From the NCBI RefSeq assembly GCF_020885515.1, contig NZ_AP024987.1, positions 1,080,001-1,112,000 on the forward strand: 32,000 bases of DNA, written 5' to 3'. Numbering within the stretch: the first letter of the stretch is position 1; each line of letters starts with the position of its first letter. The translations under genes were made by a program, and so were the position numbers. The notes below the pieces were generated by a model. It was given only the letters and a program-made list of their open reading frames with translations, made no database searches and had not been told where the DNA came from. Below, in pieces: positions 1 through 9,120 of this stretch. The DNA comes from a cyanobacterium endosymbiont of Braarudosphaera bigelowii (GTDB lineage: Bacteria; Cyanobacteriota; Cyanobacteriia; Cyanobacteriales; Microcystaceae).

Positions 1-157
1 TACTCTAGCTAACAAAATCCAAAACAACGAAATGTTCATCGTTCCTACTCCTATCTCAATGGAAGAACTTGAAGAACTACTAGTTGACTTTGGTATTCTT
101 GGTGGTGAAGACGAATACGAAAAAGCTCTTGAAGCTGATAAAGCTTCTGGCAAATAA
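1..157 (+). CDS. nifH: Nitrogenase iron protein NifH, C-terminal fragment (5' part lies outside the window)
   Basis: Reading from nt 2 gives [51 protein letters not shown], then TAA at 155-157. This matches the conserved NifH C-terminus ([12 protein letters not shown]). It lies directly upstream of nifDK. Confidence 0.93.
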   Translation, partial: TLANKIQNNEMFIVPTPISMEELEELLVDFGILGGEDEYEKALEADKASGK

Positions 158-325
158 TAGGTCGATCTAGTCACATAGATCTGAAAATATTCCAGGGCAA
201 AAGTAAATAGGAAATGGTAACTAGTTTTATTGTTGATTAATTATCAGCTTAAAATTAAACCGATTCTTTTGCCTTAAAATTTCCTTACTAAATTGTCCTT
301 TGTCTAAAACCTTAAGAGGATCATT

Positions 326-1768
326 ATGGCAACAGTCGAAGAAAATAAGAAGCTCATTGCCGACGTTTTGGCAACTTATCCTGCAAAAGCTGCTAAAAAA
401 CGTAATAAGCACCTTGGTGTTTATGAAGAAGGAGCTGATGATTGTGGTGTTAAATCCAACAAAGTATCTCTACCAGGTGTTATGACCGCTCGCGGTTGTG
501 CTTATGCTGGATCCAAAGGGGTAGTTTGGGGTCCTATTAAAGATATGATTCATATCTCTCATGGACCTGTTGGTTGTGGTTACTACTCTTGGTCTGGTCG
601 TCGTAACTACTACATCGGAGTAACCGGAGTAGATAGTTTCGGTACCATGAACTTCACATCTGACTTCCAAGAACGTGATGTTGTTTTTGGTGGAGACACA
701 AAACTAAGTCAACTTATTGACGAAGTTGAAATATTATTCCCTCTTAATGGTGGTATTTCAGTTCAATCAGAATGTCCTATTGGTTTAATTGGAGATGATA
801 TTGAAGCAGTATCTCGTGCAAAAACCAAAGAAATCGGCAAACAAGTTATTCCTGTTCGTTGCGAAGGATTCCGCGGAGTTTCTCAATCCTTAGGACATCA
901 CATTGCTAACGATGTGATTCGTGATTGGGTTTTCCCAGTTGCTGATAAAGAAATTGCTGAAAAAGGCAATGAAGGTACTCCTTATGATGTTGCTATCATT
1001 GGTGACTACAATATTGGTGGAGATGCTTGGTCCAGTCGTATTCTTTTAGAAGAAATGGGACTACGTGTTATTGCTCAGTGGTCTGGTGATGGTACCTTCA
1101 CTGAAATGAAAGCAACACCTAGCGTTAAGTTAAACCTAGTCCATTGCTACCGTTCCATGAACTACATTAGTCGTCACATGGAAGAAAAATACGGTATTCC
1201 TTGGTTAGAATACAACTTCTTTGGACCCAGCAAAATTATTGAATCTTTAAGAGCAATTGCTGAGCGTTTTGATGACACAATTCAACAAAAAGCTGAAGCA
1301 GTAATCGCTAAATATAAAGAGCAAGCTGATGGTATTATAGCTAAATATCGCCCTCGTTTAGAAGGCAAAACCGTCATGATGATGGTTGGTGGATTACGTC
1401 CTCGTCACGTTGTTCCTGCTTTCAAAGATTTGGGAATGGAAATCATCGGAACTGGATATGAGTTTGCTCATGGTGATGACTATAAACGTACTACTCACTA
1501 TGTTAAAGACGCTACCCTTATCTATGATGATGTTACTGGTTATGAGTTCGAAGAATTTGTTAAAGAACTTAAGCCTGATTTAGTAGCTGCAGGAATTAAA
1601 GAGAAGTATGTCTTCCAAAAAATGGCTCTTCCTTTCCGCCAAATGCACTCTTGGGATTATTCAGGTCCTTACCACGGTTATGATGGCTTTGCTATCTTTG
1701 CACGTGATATGGATTTAGCCCTTAACAATCCTACTTGGGGACTAGTTGGAACCCCTTGGAATAAATAA
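326..1768 (+). CDS. nifD: Nitrogenase MoFe protein alpha chain NifD
   Basis: 480 aa. P-cluster Cys contexts are present ([28 protein letters not shown]). FeMo-co ligand contexts are present ([29 protein letters not shown]). AGAGGA RBS lies upstream of the ATG. Confidence 0.97.
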   Translation: MATVEENKKLIADVLATYPAKAAKKRNKHLGVYEEGADDCGVKSNKVSLPGVMTARGCAYAGSKGVVWGPIKDMIHISHGPVGCGYYSWSGRRNYYIGVTGVDSFGTMNFTSDFQERDVVFGGDTKLSQLIDEVEILFPLNGGISVQSECPIGLIGDDIEAVSRAKTKEIGKQVIPVRCEGFRGVSQSLGHHIANDVIRDWVFPVADKEIAEKGNEGTPYDVAIIGDYNIGGDAWSSRILLEEMGLRVIAQWSGDGTFTEMKATPSVKLNLVHCYRSMNYISRHMEEKYGIPWLEYNFFGPSKIIESLRAIAERFDDTIQQKAEAVIAKYKEQADGIIAKYRPRLEGKTVMMMVGGLRPRHVVPAFKDLGMEIIGTGYEFAHGDDYKRTTHYVKDATLIYDDVTGYEFEEFVKELKPDLVAAGIKEKYVFQKMALPFRQMHSWDYSGPYHGYDGFAIFARDMDLALNNPTWGLVGTPWNK

Positions 1769-1780
1769 AAAAGGCTGAAT

Positions 1781-1827
1781 GTGGAGGATGAGGAGATTTT
1801 TTATCCCCTCTCCCTTCCCCTCCCCCC
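1781..1827 (+). promoter_or_regulatory. Imperfect GC-rich purine-arm/pyrimidine-arm hairpin in the nifD-nifK spacer (probable mRNA processing or stability element)
   Basis: GTGGAGGATGAGGAGAT, T6 loop, ATCCCCTCTCCCTTCCCCTCC. Hand pairing gives about 13 of 17 positions paired (including G-U). It begins 12 nt after the nifD stop and stands out as a GC island in AT-rich DNA. Confidence 0.55.
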
Positions 1828-1878
1828 TTTTCTAAGGATTCTTTGTCCGAGACACACATCCACACGGAGTTACTAAAG

Positions 1879-3411
1879 ATGGCCCAAAACGTAAATAAAA
1901 TTAAAGATCACGTCGAACTATTTCACCAGCCTGAGTATAAAGAACTGTTTGCTAATAAAAAACAGTTTGAAGGAATGCCTACTGCTGAAAAAGTTAAAGA
2001 AGTTGCTGAATGGACTAAAAGCTGGGAATACCGTGAGAAAAACTTCGCACGTGAAGCTCTTACTGTTAACCCTGCTAAAGGTTGTCAGCCTTTAGGAGCT
2101 TTACTTGCTGCAGTTGGATTCGAAGGAACCCTACCTTTTGTTCATGGATCTCAAGGTTGTGTTTCTTACTTCCGTACTCACTTAACTCGTCACTTTAAAG
2201 AGCCTGTTAGTGCTGTATCTTCTTCCATGACTGAAAACGCTGCTGTTTTCGGTGGACTAAGCAACATGGTTGATGGTTTACAAAATGCTTATGCTCTTTA
2301 TAAGCCTAAAATGATTGCTGTTTGTACTACTTGTATGGCAGAAGTAATCGGAGACGATTTAGGTTCTTTTATCGGAAATGCTCGTGTTGACGGTGTAATT
2401 CCTGCAGAGCTACCTATTCCTTTCGCTCATACTCCTAGTTTTGTTGGATCACATGTTAACGGATACGACCACATGATGAAATCCATCTTGACTACCTTAG
2501 GTGAAGGTAAAAAAGGTGACAAAAACGGTAAAATTAACTTTATGCCTGGATTCGAAACCTATATGGGGAATCTTCGCGAACTTAAAAAGTTAATTGCTGC
2601 TTTAGGTGTAAATGGAACTATTCTAAGTGATACCGAAATGTACTTAGATTCTCCAAACTTAGGAGAATTCTCTATGTACCATGAAGGAACATCTTTAGAA
2701 GATGCTGCTGATGCTTGTAATGCAGAAGCTACTATTTCTCTTCAAGCTTACACAACTCCTAAAACCCTTGCTTATATGGGTAAAAAATGGGGTCAAAAAA
2801 CTTGCGTTCACCGCCCTTGGGGTATCAAGGCAACTGATGAATTTCTAATGACTTTATCTCAGTTGACTGGAAATCCTATTCCTAAGGAACTTGAAATTGA
2901 ACGTGGACGTGCTGTAGATGCTATGACTGATACTCAAGCATGGCTTCATGGTAAAACTGCTGCAGTTTTCGGTGATCCTGATACAGTAATGGGATTATTA
3001 CAGTTTATGTTAGAAATGGGTATTGAACCTGTTCATATCCTAGTACATAATAGTAATGATAAGTTCGAAGAAGAAGCAAGAGATCTTTTAGCTTCTAGTC
3101 CTTATGGACAACAAGCAACAGTTTGGGGTTATAAAGATCTATGGCACTTACGTTCTTTATTATTCACCGAACCTGTTGACTTCATGATCGGTAATTCCTA
3201 CGGTAAATATTTAGAAAGGGATACTGAAATTCCTCTAATCCGTATAGGATATCCTATCTTTGATCGTCATCACTTACATCGTTATTCAACCATTGGATAC
3301 GGAGGTGCTATTAACCTTCTTAACTGGATTGCTAACGGAGTTCTTGATGCCCTAGATCGTAGAACAGATATTGCTGGAGAAACAGATATCTCCTTCGACT
3401 TAGTTCGTTAA
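1879..3411 (+). CDS. nifK: Nitrogenase MoFe protein beta chain NifK
   Basis: The ORF is open from TTG 1843. ATG 1879 (MAQNVNKIKDHVELFHQPEYKELF) has GGAG about 10 nt upstream and gives the typical ~511 aa cyanobacterial NifK. Motifs present: GCQPLGA, HGSQGCVSY, CTTCMAEVIGDD. Confidence 0.96.
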   Translation: MAQNVNKIKDHVELFHQPEYKELFANKKQFEGMPTAEKVKEVAEWTKSWEYREKNFAREALTVNPAKGCQPLGALLAAVGFEGTLPFVHGSQGCVSYFRTHLTRHFKEPVSAVSSSMTENAAVFGGLSNMVDGLQNAYALYKPKMIAVCTTCMAEVIGDDLGSFIGNARVDGVIPAELPIPFAHTPSFVGSHVNGYDHMMKSILTTLGEGKKGDKNGKINFMPGFETYMGNLRELKKLIAALGVNGTILSDTEMYLDSPNLGEFSMYHEGTSLEDAADACNAEATISLQAYTTPKTLAYMGKKWGQKTCVHRPWGIKATDEFLMTLSQLTGNPIPKELEIERGRAVDAMTDTQAWLHGKTAAVFGDPDTVMGLLQFMLEMGIEPVHILVHNSNDKFEEEARDLLASSPYGQQATVWGYKDLWHLRSLLFTEPVDFMIGNSYGKYLERDTEIPLIRIGYPIFDRHHLHRYSTIGYGGAINLLNWIANGVLDALDRRTDIAGETDISFDLVR

Positions 3412-3421
3412 TCTTAAGGAA

Positions 3422-3487
3422 GTTTGGATATGAGGGAGACTAGGAGAAATTCAGGGGGAACATTAATAAGCTTCCCCTCTCCCCTCT
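3422..3487 (+). terminator. Imperfect GC-rich purine/pyrimidine hairpin downstream of nifK (probable 3' end or stabiliser of the nifHDK transcript)
   Basis: GAGGGAGACTAGGAGAAATTCAGGGGGAA, loop CATTAATAAG, CTTCCCCTCTCCCCTCTCTCCTCTTCC. The inner GGGGGAA/TTCCCCT pairs cleanly; the outer arms pair with internal loops. It begins 10 nt after the stop. It shares TCCCCTCTCCC with the nifD-nifK hairpin. Confidence 0.55.
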
Positions 3488-3762
3488 CTCCTCTTCCTAT
3501 TATAATTTTCTATATAAATTTATCGAGCTATAAAACTATTTTAATAGGTTATATTATTGACTCTTTTCATAAAACAAACAATGCTCTTCCAAAAAGCTCC
3601 TAAAATTTTGTCTATTTACAACTGTTATTAAATATTGGTAAGAAAAACATAACCTGTTAAGAAAATATACACTTGTTATTCTTATAACAAATTATTTATT
3701 ACTTTGTTATGTCATCTAAATTATGAGTTTAAGCATTTCTGTAGTAGTTATAGGAAATTTAT

Positions 3763-5133
3763 ATGAAACTTACAAAAGCAAAGATTAATGATTTACTGAC
3801 ACAGCCAGAATGTGAGCATAATCTTAATAAAGGAAGTCAAGGTAAAAATAAGGCTTGTGCTCAACAATCTCAGCCTGGCTCTGCTCAAGGAGGATGCGCT
3901 TTTGATGGAGCATCTATTACACTTGTGCCAATTACTGACGCGGCTCATTTAGTTCATGGTCCTATTGCCTGTTCAGGTAATAGTTGGAATAGTCGCGGTA
4001 GTTTATCTAGTGGACCAATGCTTTATAAGATGGGATTTACCACTGATATATCTGAAAATGATATAATTTTCGGAGGCGAAAAAAAGCTTTATAAAGCTGT
4101 TACTCAAATTATTAATAATTTCAATCCAGCTGCAGTTTTCGTTTATTCAACTTGCATTACCGCACTTATAGGAGATGATCTAGATGCAGTATGTAAAGCA
4201 GCAACAAATAAATATCAAATACCCGTAATTCCAGTTCATTCTCCAGGATTTGTGGGCAGTAAAAATTTCGGTAATCGTTTAGGAGGAGAGGCTCTATTAC
4301 AACATGTAATTGGAAGCAAGGAACCTAAATATACAACTCCTTACGATATTAATATAATCGGAGAGTATAATATTGCTGGCGAAATGTGGGCAGTCACCAC
4401 TTTACTTGAAAAGTTGGGAATTAGAGTCTTAGGAAAGATGACAGGTGATGCAAGATACGAAGATATTTGTTCTGCGCATAGAGCAAAGTTAAACGTGATG
4501 ATCTGTTCTAAAGCCCTTATAAATGTAGCTTCTTCAATGAAAGAGAAATATAGCATCCCTTATATTGAAGAGTCTTTTTACGGAATAGATGATATGAACC
4601 TTTGTTTACGCAACATAGCGAAGTTTTTTGAAGATACTCAACTAATTGAACGTACCGAAAAGATTATCGAGGAAGAAGTCTCCAAGCTAAATATTCAATT
4701 AGAACCCTATAGAAAAAAACTGAAAGGAAAGCGAATGGTTTTATATACTGGAGGTGTTAAAAGTTGGTCTATCGTATCAGCAGCACAAAATTTAGGTATG
4801 AAAGTAGTGGCTACCAGTACTAAAAAGAGTACGGAAGAAGATAAGTCACGTATTAAAAATCTTCTAGGTGAAGATGGCATTATGCTTGAGAAAGGTAGTC
4901 CAGAAGAGTTATTAAAAGTAATAAAAAAAACGAAAGCGGATTTGCTAGTAGCAGGAGGAAGGAATCAATATACTGCTCTTAAAGCAAAAATACCCTTTTT
5001 AGATATTAACCAAGAACGTCATCATCCCTATGCAGGTTACATTGGTATGGTTGAAATGGCTAGAGAATTAAGTGAAGCAGTTTATAGTCCAATTTGGAGA
5101 CAGGTTAGAAAGCCTGCACCCTGGGATCAATGA
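3763..5133 (+). CDS. nifE: Nitrogenase FeMo-cofactor biosynthesis scaffold NifE
   Basis: 456 aa, NifD-like. Motifs present: GCAFDGA, HGPIACSG, STCITALIGDD, NVMICSKAL. It sits in the canonical position after nifK. Confidence 0.95.
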   Translation: MKLTKAKINDLLTQPECEHNLNKGSQGKNKACAQQSQPGSAQGGCAFDGASITLVPITDAAHLVHGPIACSGNSWNSRGSLSSGPMLYKMGFTTDISENDIIFGGEKKLYKAVTQIINNFNPAAVFVYSTCITALIGDDLDAVCKAATNKYQIPVIPVHSPGFVGSKNFGNRLGGEALLQHVIGSKEPKYTTPYDINIIGEYNIAGEMWAVTTLLEKLGIRVLGKMTGDARYEDICSAHRAKLNVMICSKALINVASSMKEKYSIPYIEESFYGIDDMNLCLRNIAKFFEDTQLIERTEKIIEEEVSKLNIQLEPYRKKLKGKRMVLYTGGVKSWSIVSAAQNLGMKVVATSTKKSTEEDKSRIKNLLGEDGIMLEKGSPEELLKVIKKTKADLLVAGGRNQYTALKAKIPFLDINQERHHPYAGYIGMVEMARELSEAVYSPIWRQVRKPAPWDQ

Positions 5134-5229
5134 AGAAAAAGAAACTAACAAGGCATTATAATCCCGATTTTTCATATACTAAAACTTCTGAATGAAAACA
5201 CTAAACCCCTGGAAAAGGAGTGACAGATA

Positions 5230-6591
5230 GTGACCACGATCGTAAATCCCAATAAATCTTTATCAGTTAACCCATTAAAGATGAGCCAACCCTTAGGAGC
5301 AGCTCTAGCTTTTCTTGGTTTAAATAAGATGATGCCATTGTTTCATGGATCACAAGGATGTACGGCCTTTGCCAAGGTTGTCTTAGTACGTCATTTCCGT
5401 GAATCTATTCCTCTTTCAACAACTGCTATGACGGAAATTAGCACAATCTTAGGTGGAGAGGAGAATATCGAACAAGCCATTCTAACTATTATGGACAAGT
5501 ATAAACCTGAAGTTATAGGTCTTTTGACTACAGGTTTAACAGAAACTAGAGGGGATGACATGAATCGTATCCTTTTAACGATCAAAGAAAAACATCCACA
5601 TTTACGCTCTTTCCCAATTATCTTAGTTTCTACTCCAGATTATAAAGGTTCGCTACAAGATGGATATAGTGCTGCAGTTGAAAGTATCGTATCTACTGAC
5701 TATGGTGATCCCATCCAAGATAAATTATGTTCGACAAACATAAAATCTCAAGTTAACGTTTTATGTGCTTCCTATCTTTCTCCTGGTGATGTTGAAGAAA
5801 TTAAAGTCACTATTGAATCATTCGGATTAGTACCAATAATGATTCCTGATTTGTCTTGCTCCTTAGACGGTCATGTAGAAGATGAATATCATACTACAAC
5901 TACTGGAGGAACTAGTCTACAACAATTAAGGCAATTAAAGCACTCCTGCCTTACATTAGCAATTGGCGAAAGTATGACGAAAGCTGCAATAGTTTTAGAG
6001 AAACGCTTTGGTACAAAATATGAAGTATTTCCTAGCCTGGCTGGTTTAGATGCAATAGACTCTTTCTTGTGGAAACTTTCCCAGTTTGTTACAAGTGATA
6101 ATAATGATCAATTAATATCACAAGCAATTCCTTCACGTCTTAAAAGGCAACGTCGTCAATTGCAAGATGTTATTCTTGATACTCATTTTTATTTTGGCGG
6201 AAAGAAAATTTCTCTTGCTTTAGAGCCAGACCTACTGTACCAAACGTCATGGTTGTTAACAGAGATGGGAGCAGAAATCCAAGCTGCTGTAACCACATCC
6301 GAATCATCTATATTAAAAGAATTACCTTTTGATACTGTAGTTATTGGCGATTTAAAAGATTTAGAAGAGTTAGCACCTGGAAGTGATTTAATAATCACAA
6401 ATAGTCATGGTACATCTCTAGCTGATGAATTTAAAATACCTTTGTATCGTATGGGATATCCTGTTTATGATCGTTTAGGTATGGGACAGCGTTGTTTGAT
6501 AGGATATTCTGGTACTATGAGGTTTTTATTTGATGTTGGTAATCTTCTTATGGAAGAAGAGGCTAAACATAACCCTATAACTTTACACTAA
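5230..6591 (+). CDS. nifN: Nitrogenase FeMo-cofactor biosynthesis scaffold NifN
   Basis: 453 aa, NifK-like (NPLKMSQPLGAALAFLG, HGSQGCTAF). GTG start with AAGGAG about 10 nt upstream. It follows nifE. Confidence 0.93.
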   Translation: MTTIVNPNKSLSVNPLKMSQPLGAALAFLGLNKMMPLFHGSQGCTAFAKVVLVRHFRESIPLSTTAMTEISTILGGEENIEQAILTIMDKYKPEVIGLLTTGLTETRGDDMNRILLTIKEKHPHLRSFPIILVSTPDYKGSLQDGYSAAVESIVSTDYGDPIQDKLCSTNIKSQVNVLCASYLSPGDVEEIKVTIESFGLVPIMIPDLSCSLDGHVEDEYHTTTTGGTSLQQLRQLKHSCLTLAIGESMTKAAIVLEKRFGTKYEVFPSLAGLDAIDSFLWKLSQFVTSDNNDQLISQAIPSRLKRQRRQLQDVILDTHFYFGGKKISLALEPDLLYQTSWLLTEMGAEIQAAVTTSESSILKELPFDTVVIGDLKDLEELAPGSDLIITNSHGTSLADEFKIPLYRMGYPVYDRLGMGQRCLIGYSGTMRFLFDVGNLLMEEEAKHNPITLH

Positions 6592-6647
6592 GATAGAAAT
6601 TATAAAGTAAAGTTTTCGCTTAATTTCATTTATCTGAGAGGAAGAAT

Positions 6648-7046
6648 ATGAAAGTCGCATTTACAACTAGTGATAATGTTCATGTCAATGCTCATTTCGG
6701 ATGGGCAAAAAATATTGACTTATACGAGGTATCACCTGATGGTTTTAGTTTTATTAGTACATTAGAATTTGGCGGTGATTTAAAGGAAGATGGTAATGAG
6801 GATAAATTAGTGCCTAAAATCGAGGCATTGAAAGGTTGCACATTACTATATGTCTCTGCTATCGGAGGTAGTGCTGCTGCACGTCTTATAAATAGGAATG
6901 TCACCCCTATTAAAGCACGAACAGATCAAGATAAAATTGATGATATCTTAAATGAGTTGGTTAAAACACTAAAAGGTAATCCTCCTCCTTGGTTACGTAA
7001 AATTCTTCTTCAAGATAGTAAGCCTATTAACTTTGAAGATGACTAA
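6648..7046 (+). CDS. nifX: FeMo-cofactor carrier protein NifX (NifB/NifX family)
   Basis: 132 aa. MKVAFTTSDNVHVNAHFGWAK is typical of the dinitrogenase FeMo-cofactor-binding domain. GAGAGGAAG RBS is present. It follows nifN. Confidence 0.9.
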   Translation: MKVAFTTSDNVHVNAHFGWAKNIDLYEVSPDGFSFISTLEFGGDLKEDGNEDKLVPKIEALKGCTLLYVSAIGGSAAARLINRNVTPIKARTDQDKIDDILNELVKTLKGNPPPWLRKILLQDSKPINFEDD

Positions 7047-7657
7047 TAGAATAAATGGAGTAAAACATTTCTAAAAGTATGACAACCGGAATCTTCTCTA
7101 ACATCAAAAAATCTATTGGAGATATATTAATTAAGATAGATTTTAAGCTTCTTCACATTTGAATATGGTTTCAATTTATTTTTAAATAAAGAAAGAAGTT
7201 TAGATAAAAGAAGAGATCGTCGTTATTAGCATACTAAGAATTACTTGTTTATATTAGAGAATCTATAGAGTCTGTAAATTAATTGACATAAAAGCAAATA
7301 CGCTATGTTAAGCTAATTCTTTTAGGATAAATACTATGAAAAGTATTACTAAATAGTCCGTTAAAGATATTTAATCATAGTTTGTTGCAAGAGGTTTTTA
7401 TTTTAGGACCTCGAGAAAATAAAGTAACTTAGAATTATAAGTAATAGATTTTTATATTAATTTAATACAAAAAATCTTTATTTCTTAATACTCTAACTAA
7501 CGATAATTTTCAAAAAGCGATATCTAGCTTTTTATCTATATCTTTGATTTACTAGATTATAATTGAAGGACAAAGTAAATCAAACTTTTACTTTTAAACC
7601 TCTAATTTTCGGTAACTAGTCAATATTTTTTATACACTATTCTATGAGGAAAATATT

Positions 7658-7885
7658 GTGGTAAATGATAATAGTGCCCCTACTCCTGATGAGATAGCAG
7701 ACTTAAAAAAAGCAGTTCGAAAGTTAAATTCAAGAGCTGGCGAAATGAAAATGGATTTACATGATCTTGCAGAAGGATTGCCTGTAGACTATGAGATTCT
7801 TTTAGAAACTGCTAAGAAAACATACGATGTTTTTCATGACTTAGACCAATTGAAGAGAAAACTTATTTCTTGGGAGAAAACTTAA
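7658..7885 (+). CDS. Small nif-cluster protein, DUF683 / Rop-like family
   Basis: 75 aa, predicted helical (DEIADLKKAVRKLNSRAGEMKMDLHDLAEGLP). GTG start with GAGGA 7 nt upstream. Its stop lies 1 nt before the nifW ATG. The position just upstream of nifW matches the DUF683 gene of other diazotrophs; the family assignment is from memory. Confidence 0.75.
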   Translation: MVNDNSAPTPDEIADLKKAVRKLNSRAGEMKMDLHDLAEGLPVDYEILLETAKKTYDVFHDLDQLKRKLISWEKT

Positions 7886-7886
7886 A

Positions 7887-8255
7887 ATGACCATTCCTAA
7901 TAACGCACCGAAAACATTAGCTGAATTCATAAAACTTACTAATACAGAAGATTATTTACAGTTTTTTGATATTGATTATGATCCAACCTTTGTTAATGTA
8001 AATCGCCTTCATATTCTTAAACAGTTCTCTATATTAGTAGCAGAAATAAATAGAGTTTTTCCAGATATAGATGATATGGAAAAACTGGCAAAATATAAGG
8101 TAGCATTTGAAGAATCTTATCAATTGTTTAAGACTTCTACCCCTCTAGATACTAAATTATTTAAAGTTTTTAAAGATGCTCCTAATAATGTTGTTTTATT
8201 AGAGGATCTAAGCATTGATGAAACAGATTGGACAAAAGATTCTGGTATTCTCTAA
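7887..8255 (+). CDS. nifW: Nitrogenase-stabilising/protective protein NifW
   Basis: 122 aa. The EDYLQFFDIDYDPTFVNVNRLHILKQF motif is characteristic of NifW. Confidence 0.88.
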   Translation: MTIPNNAPKTLAEFIKLTNTEDYLQFFDIDYDPTFVNVNRLHILKQFSILVAEINRVFPDIDDMEKLAKYKVAFEESYQLFKTSTPLDTKLFKVFKDAPNNVVLLEDLSIDETDWTKDSGIL

Positions 8256-8263
8256 TTAATATT

Positions 8264-9010
8264 ATGGAATTTACTCCTACTGAATTAGAACGCTATTCAA
8301 GACAAATTCAGATTCCTGGGTTTGGAGAGGATGGGCAAAAACGGCTAAAAGATACAGTTGCTATTGTCACAGGTGTAGGTGGATTAGGAGGAACTGTTGC
8401 CTTATATCTAGCTGTTGCTGGTGTAGGTAAAATTGTTTTAGTTCGTGGGGGAAATCTACGCCTTGATGATCTTAATCGTCAGATATTAATGACTAATAGT
8501 TGGGTAGGCCAGCCTAGAGTTTATAAAGCCAAAGAAACTATTTTGAACATCAATCCTGATATTCACGTTGAAGTAATTCCTGAATTCGTTACTTCTGAAA
8601 ATATTGAGGATCTGGTAAGGAAATCTAATATTGCTTTTGACTGTGCTTTTGATTTTACCGAAAGAGATCTACTAAATACAGCTTGCGTTCGTTGGAAAGT
8701 TCCTATGATAGAAGCAGCTATGAGTGGTATGGAAGCATATTTGACAACTATTGTCCCTGGTGAAACGCCCTGTTTGTCATGTATTTTTCCAGAAAAGCCT
8801 AAGTGGGATAGATGGGGGTTTGGAGTTTTAGGCGCAGTTTCTGGTAGTTTGGCTTGCTTAGCAGCATTGGAAGGTATTAAACTTTTAACAGGAGTTGGAG
8901 AGACTCTGAAAGGTCAATTATTAACAATGGATCTAGGAAATACAACTTTTGCTAAACGTCGACCTTATCATGATCCTGAATGCCCCACTTGTGGTGGTTT
9001 AAAACGATAG
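8264..9010 (+). CDS. hesA: HesA (ThiF/MoeB-family adenylyltransferase)
   Basis: ELERYSRQIQIPGFGEDGQKRLKDTVAIVTGVGGLGG is a dinucleotide-binding fold. C-terminal CLSC and CPTCG cysteine pairs are present. ATG 8264 is preferred over the track's TTG 8228, which overlaps the nifW 3' end. Confidence 0.88.
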   Translation: MEFTPTELERYSRQIQIPGFGEDGQKRLKDTVAIVTGVGGLGGTVALYLAVAGVGKIVLVRGGNLRLDDLNRQILMTNSWVGQPRVYKAKETILNINPDIHVEVIPEFVTSENIEDLVRKSNIAFDCAFDFTERDLLNTACVRWKVPMIEAAMSGMEAYLTTIVPGETPCLSCIFPEKPKWDRWGFGVLGAVSGSLACLAALEGIKLLTGVGETLKGQLLTMDLGNTTFAKRRPYHDPECPTCGGLKR

Positions 9011-9120
9011 GATTCTAATGATAATGCAATACAATAAAAGATAGATACTAAGAGTAAATATTTATTCTTATGATGATTCTTTGATTCTAACTCTTCATTA
9101 CCCTTAATATTCATAAAAAA

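Noticed and set aside
164-273. Short stem (GATCTA/TAGATC, 164-181) and long-range 8-bp pairing (GGCAAAAG 196-203 with CTTTTGCC 266-273) in the nifH-nifD spacer
   Set aside because: The stems are short and could arise by chance. I cannot judge their significance without folding or covariation analysis, so I did not report them as features.
1843-1878. TTG-initiated 12-codon N-terminal extension of nifK (MSETHIHTELLK)
   Set aside because: ATG 1879 has a GGAG RBS and gives the canonical NifK N-terminus and length. The extension would start right after the nifD-nifK hairpin with no RBS.
227-6904. Track ORFs of 61-71 aa that overlap or lie antisense to nifD, nifE, nifN and nifX (227-412, 300-485, 470-670, 1386-1583, 4341-4556, 5391-5585, 6189-6398, 6692-6904)
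   Set aside because: All lie inside or across strongly supported nif genes. They have low-complexity or odd composition, no RBS and no recognisable motifs, so they are chance ORFs.
7079-7162. 27-codon ORF (MTTGIFSNIKKSIGDILIKIDFKLLHI) right after nifX as a possible real micro-gene or DUF269 remnant
   Set aside because: No RBS, no recognisable DUF269 motif, and too short to evaluate. It is mentioned only as a weak hint in the gap finding.
8228-8263. TTG-initiated extension of hesA overlapping the nifW 3' end
   Set aside because: ATG 8264 (MEFTPTELERYSRQ) gives the conserved ThiF/HesA N-terminus. The extension peptide (MDKRFWYSLINI) has no support.
9011-9120. Imperfect palindrome GAGTAAATATTTATTC after hesA, and the 9-bp AT-rich stem (9521-9529 / 9538-9546) between hesB and fdxH, as terminators
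   Set aside because: The first has no loop and contains a G-T mispair. The second is short and AT-only. Both are weaker than the hairpins I reported and are plausibly chance.
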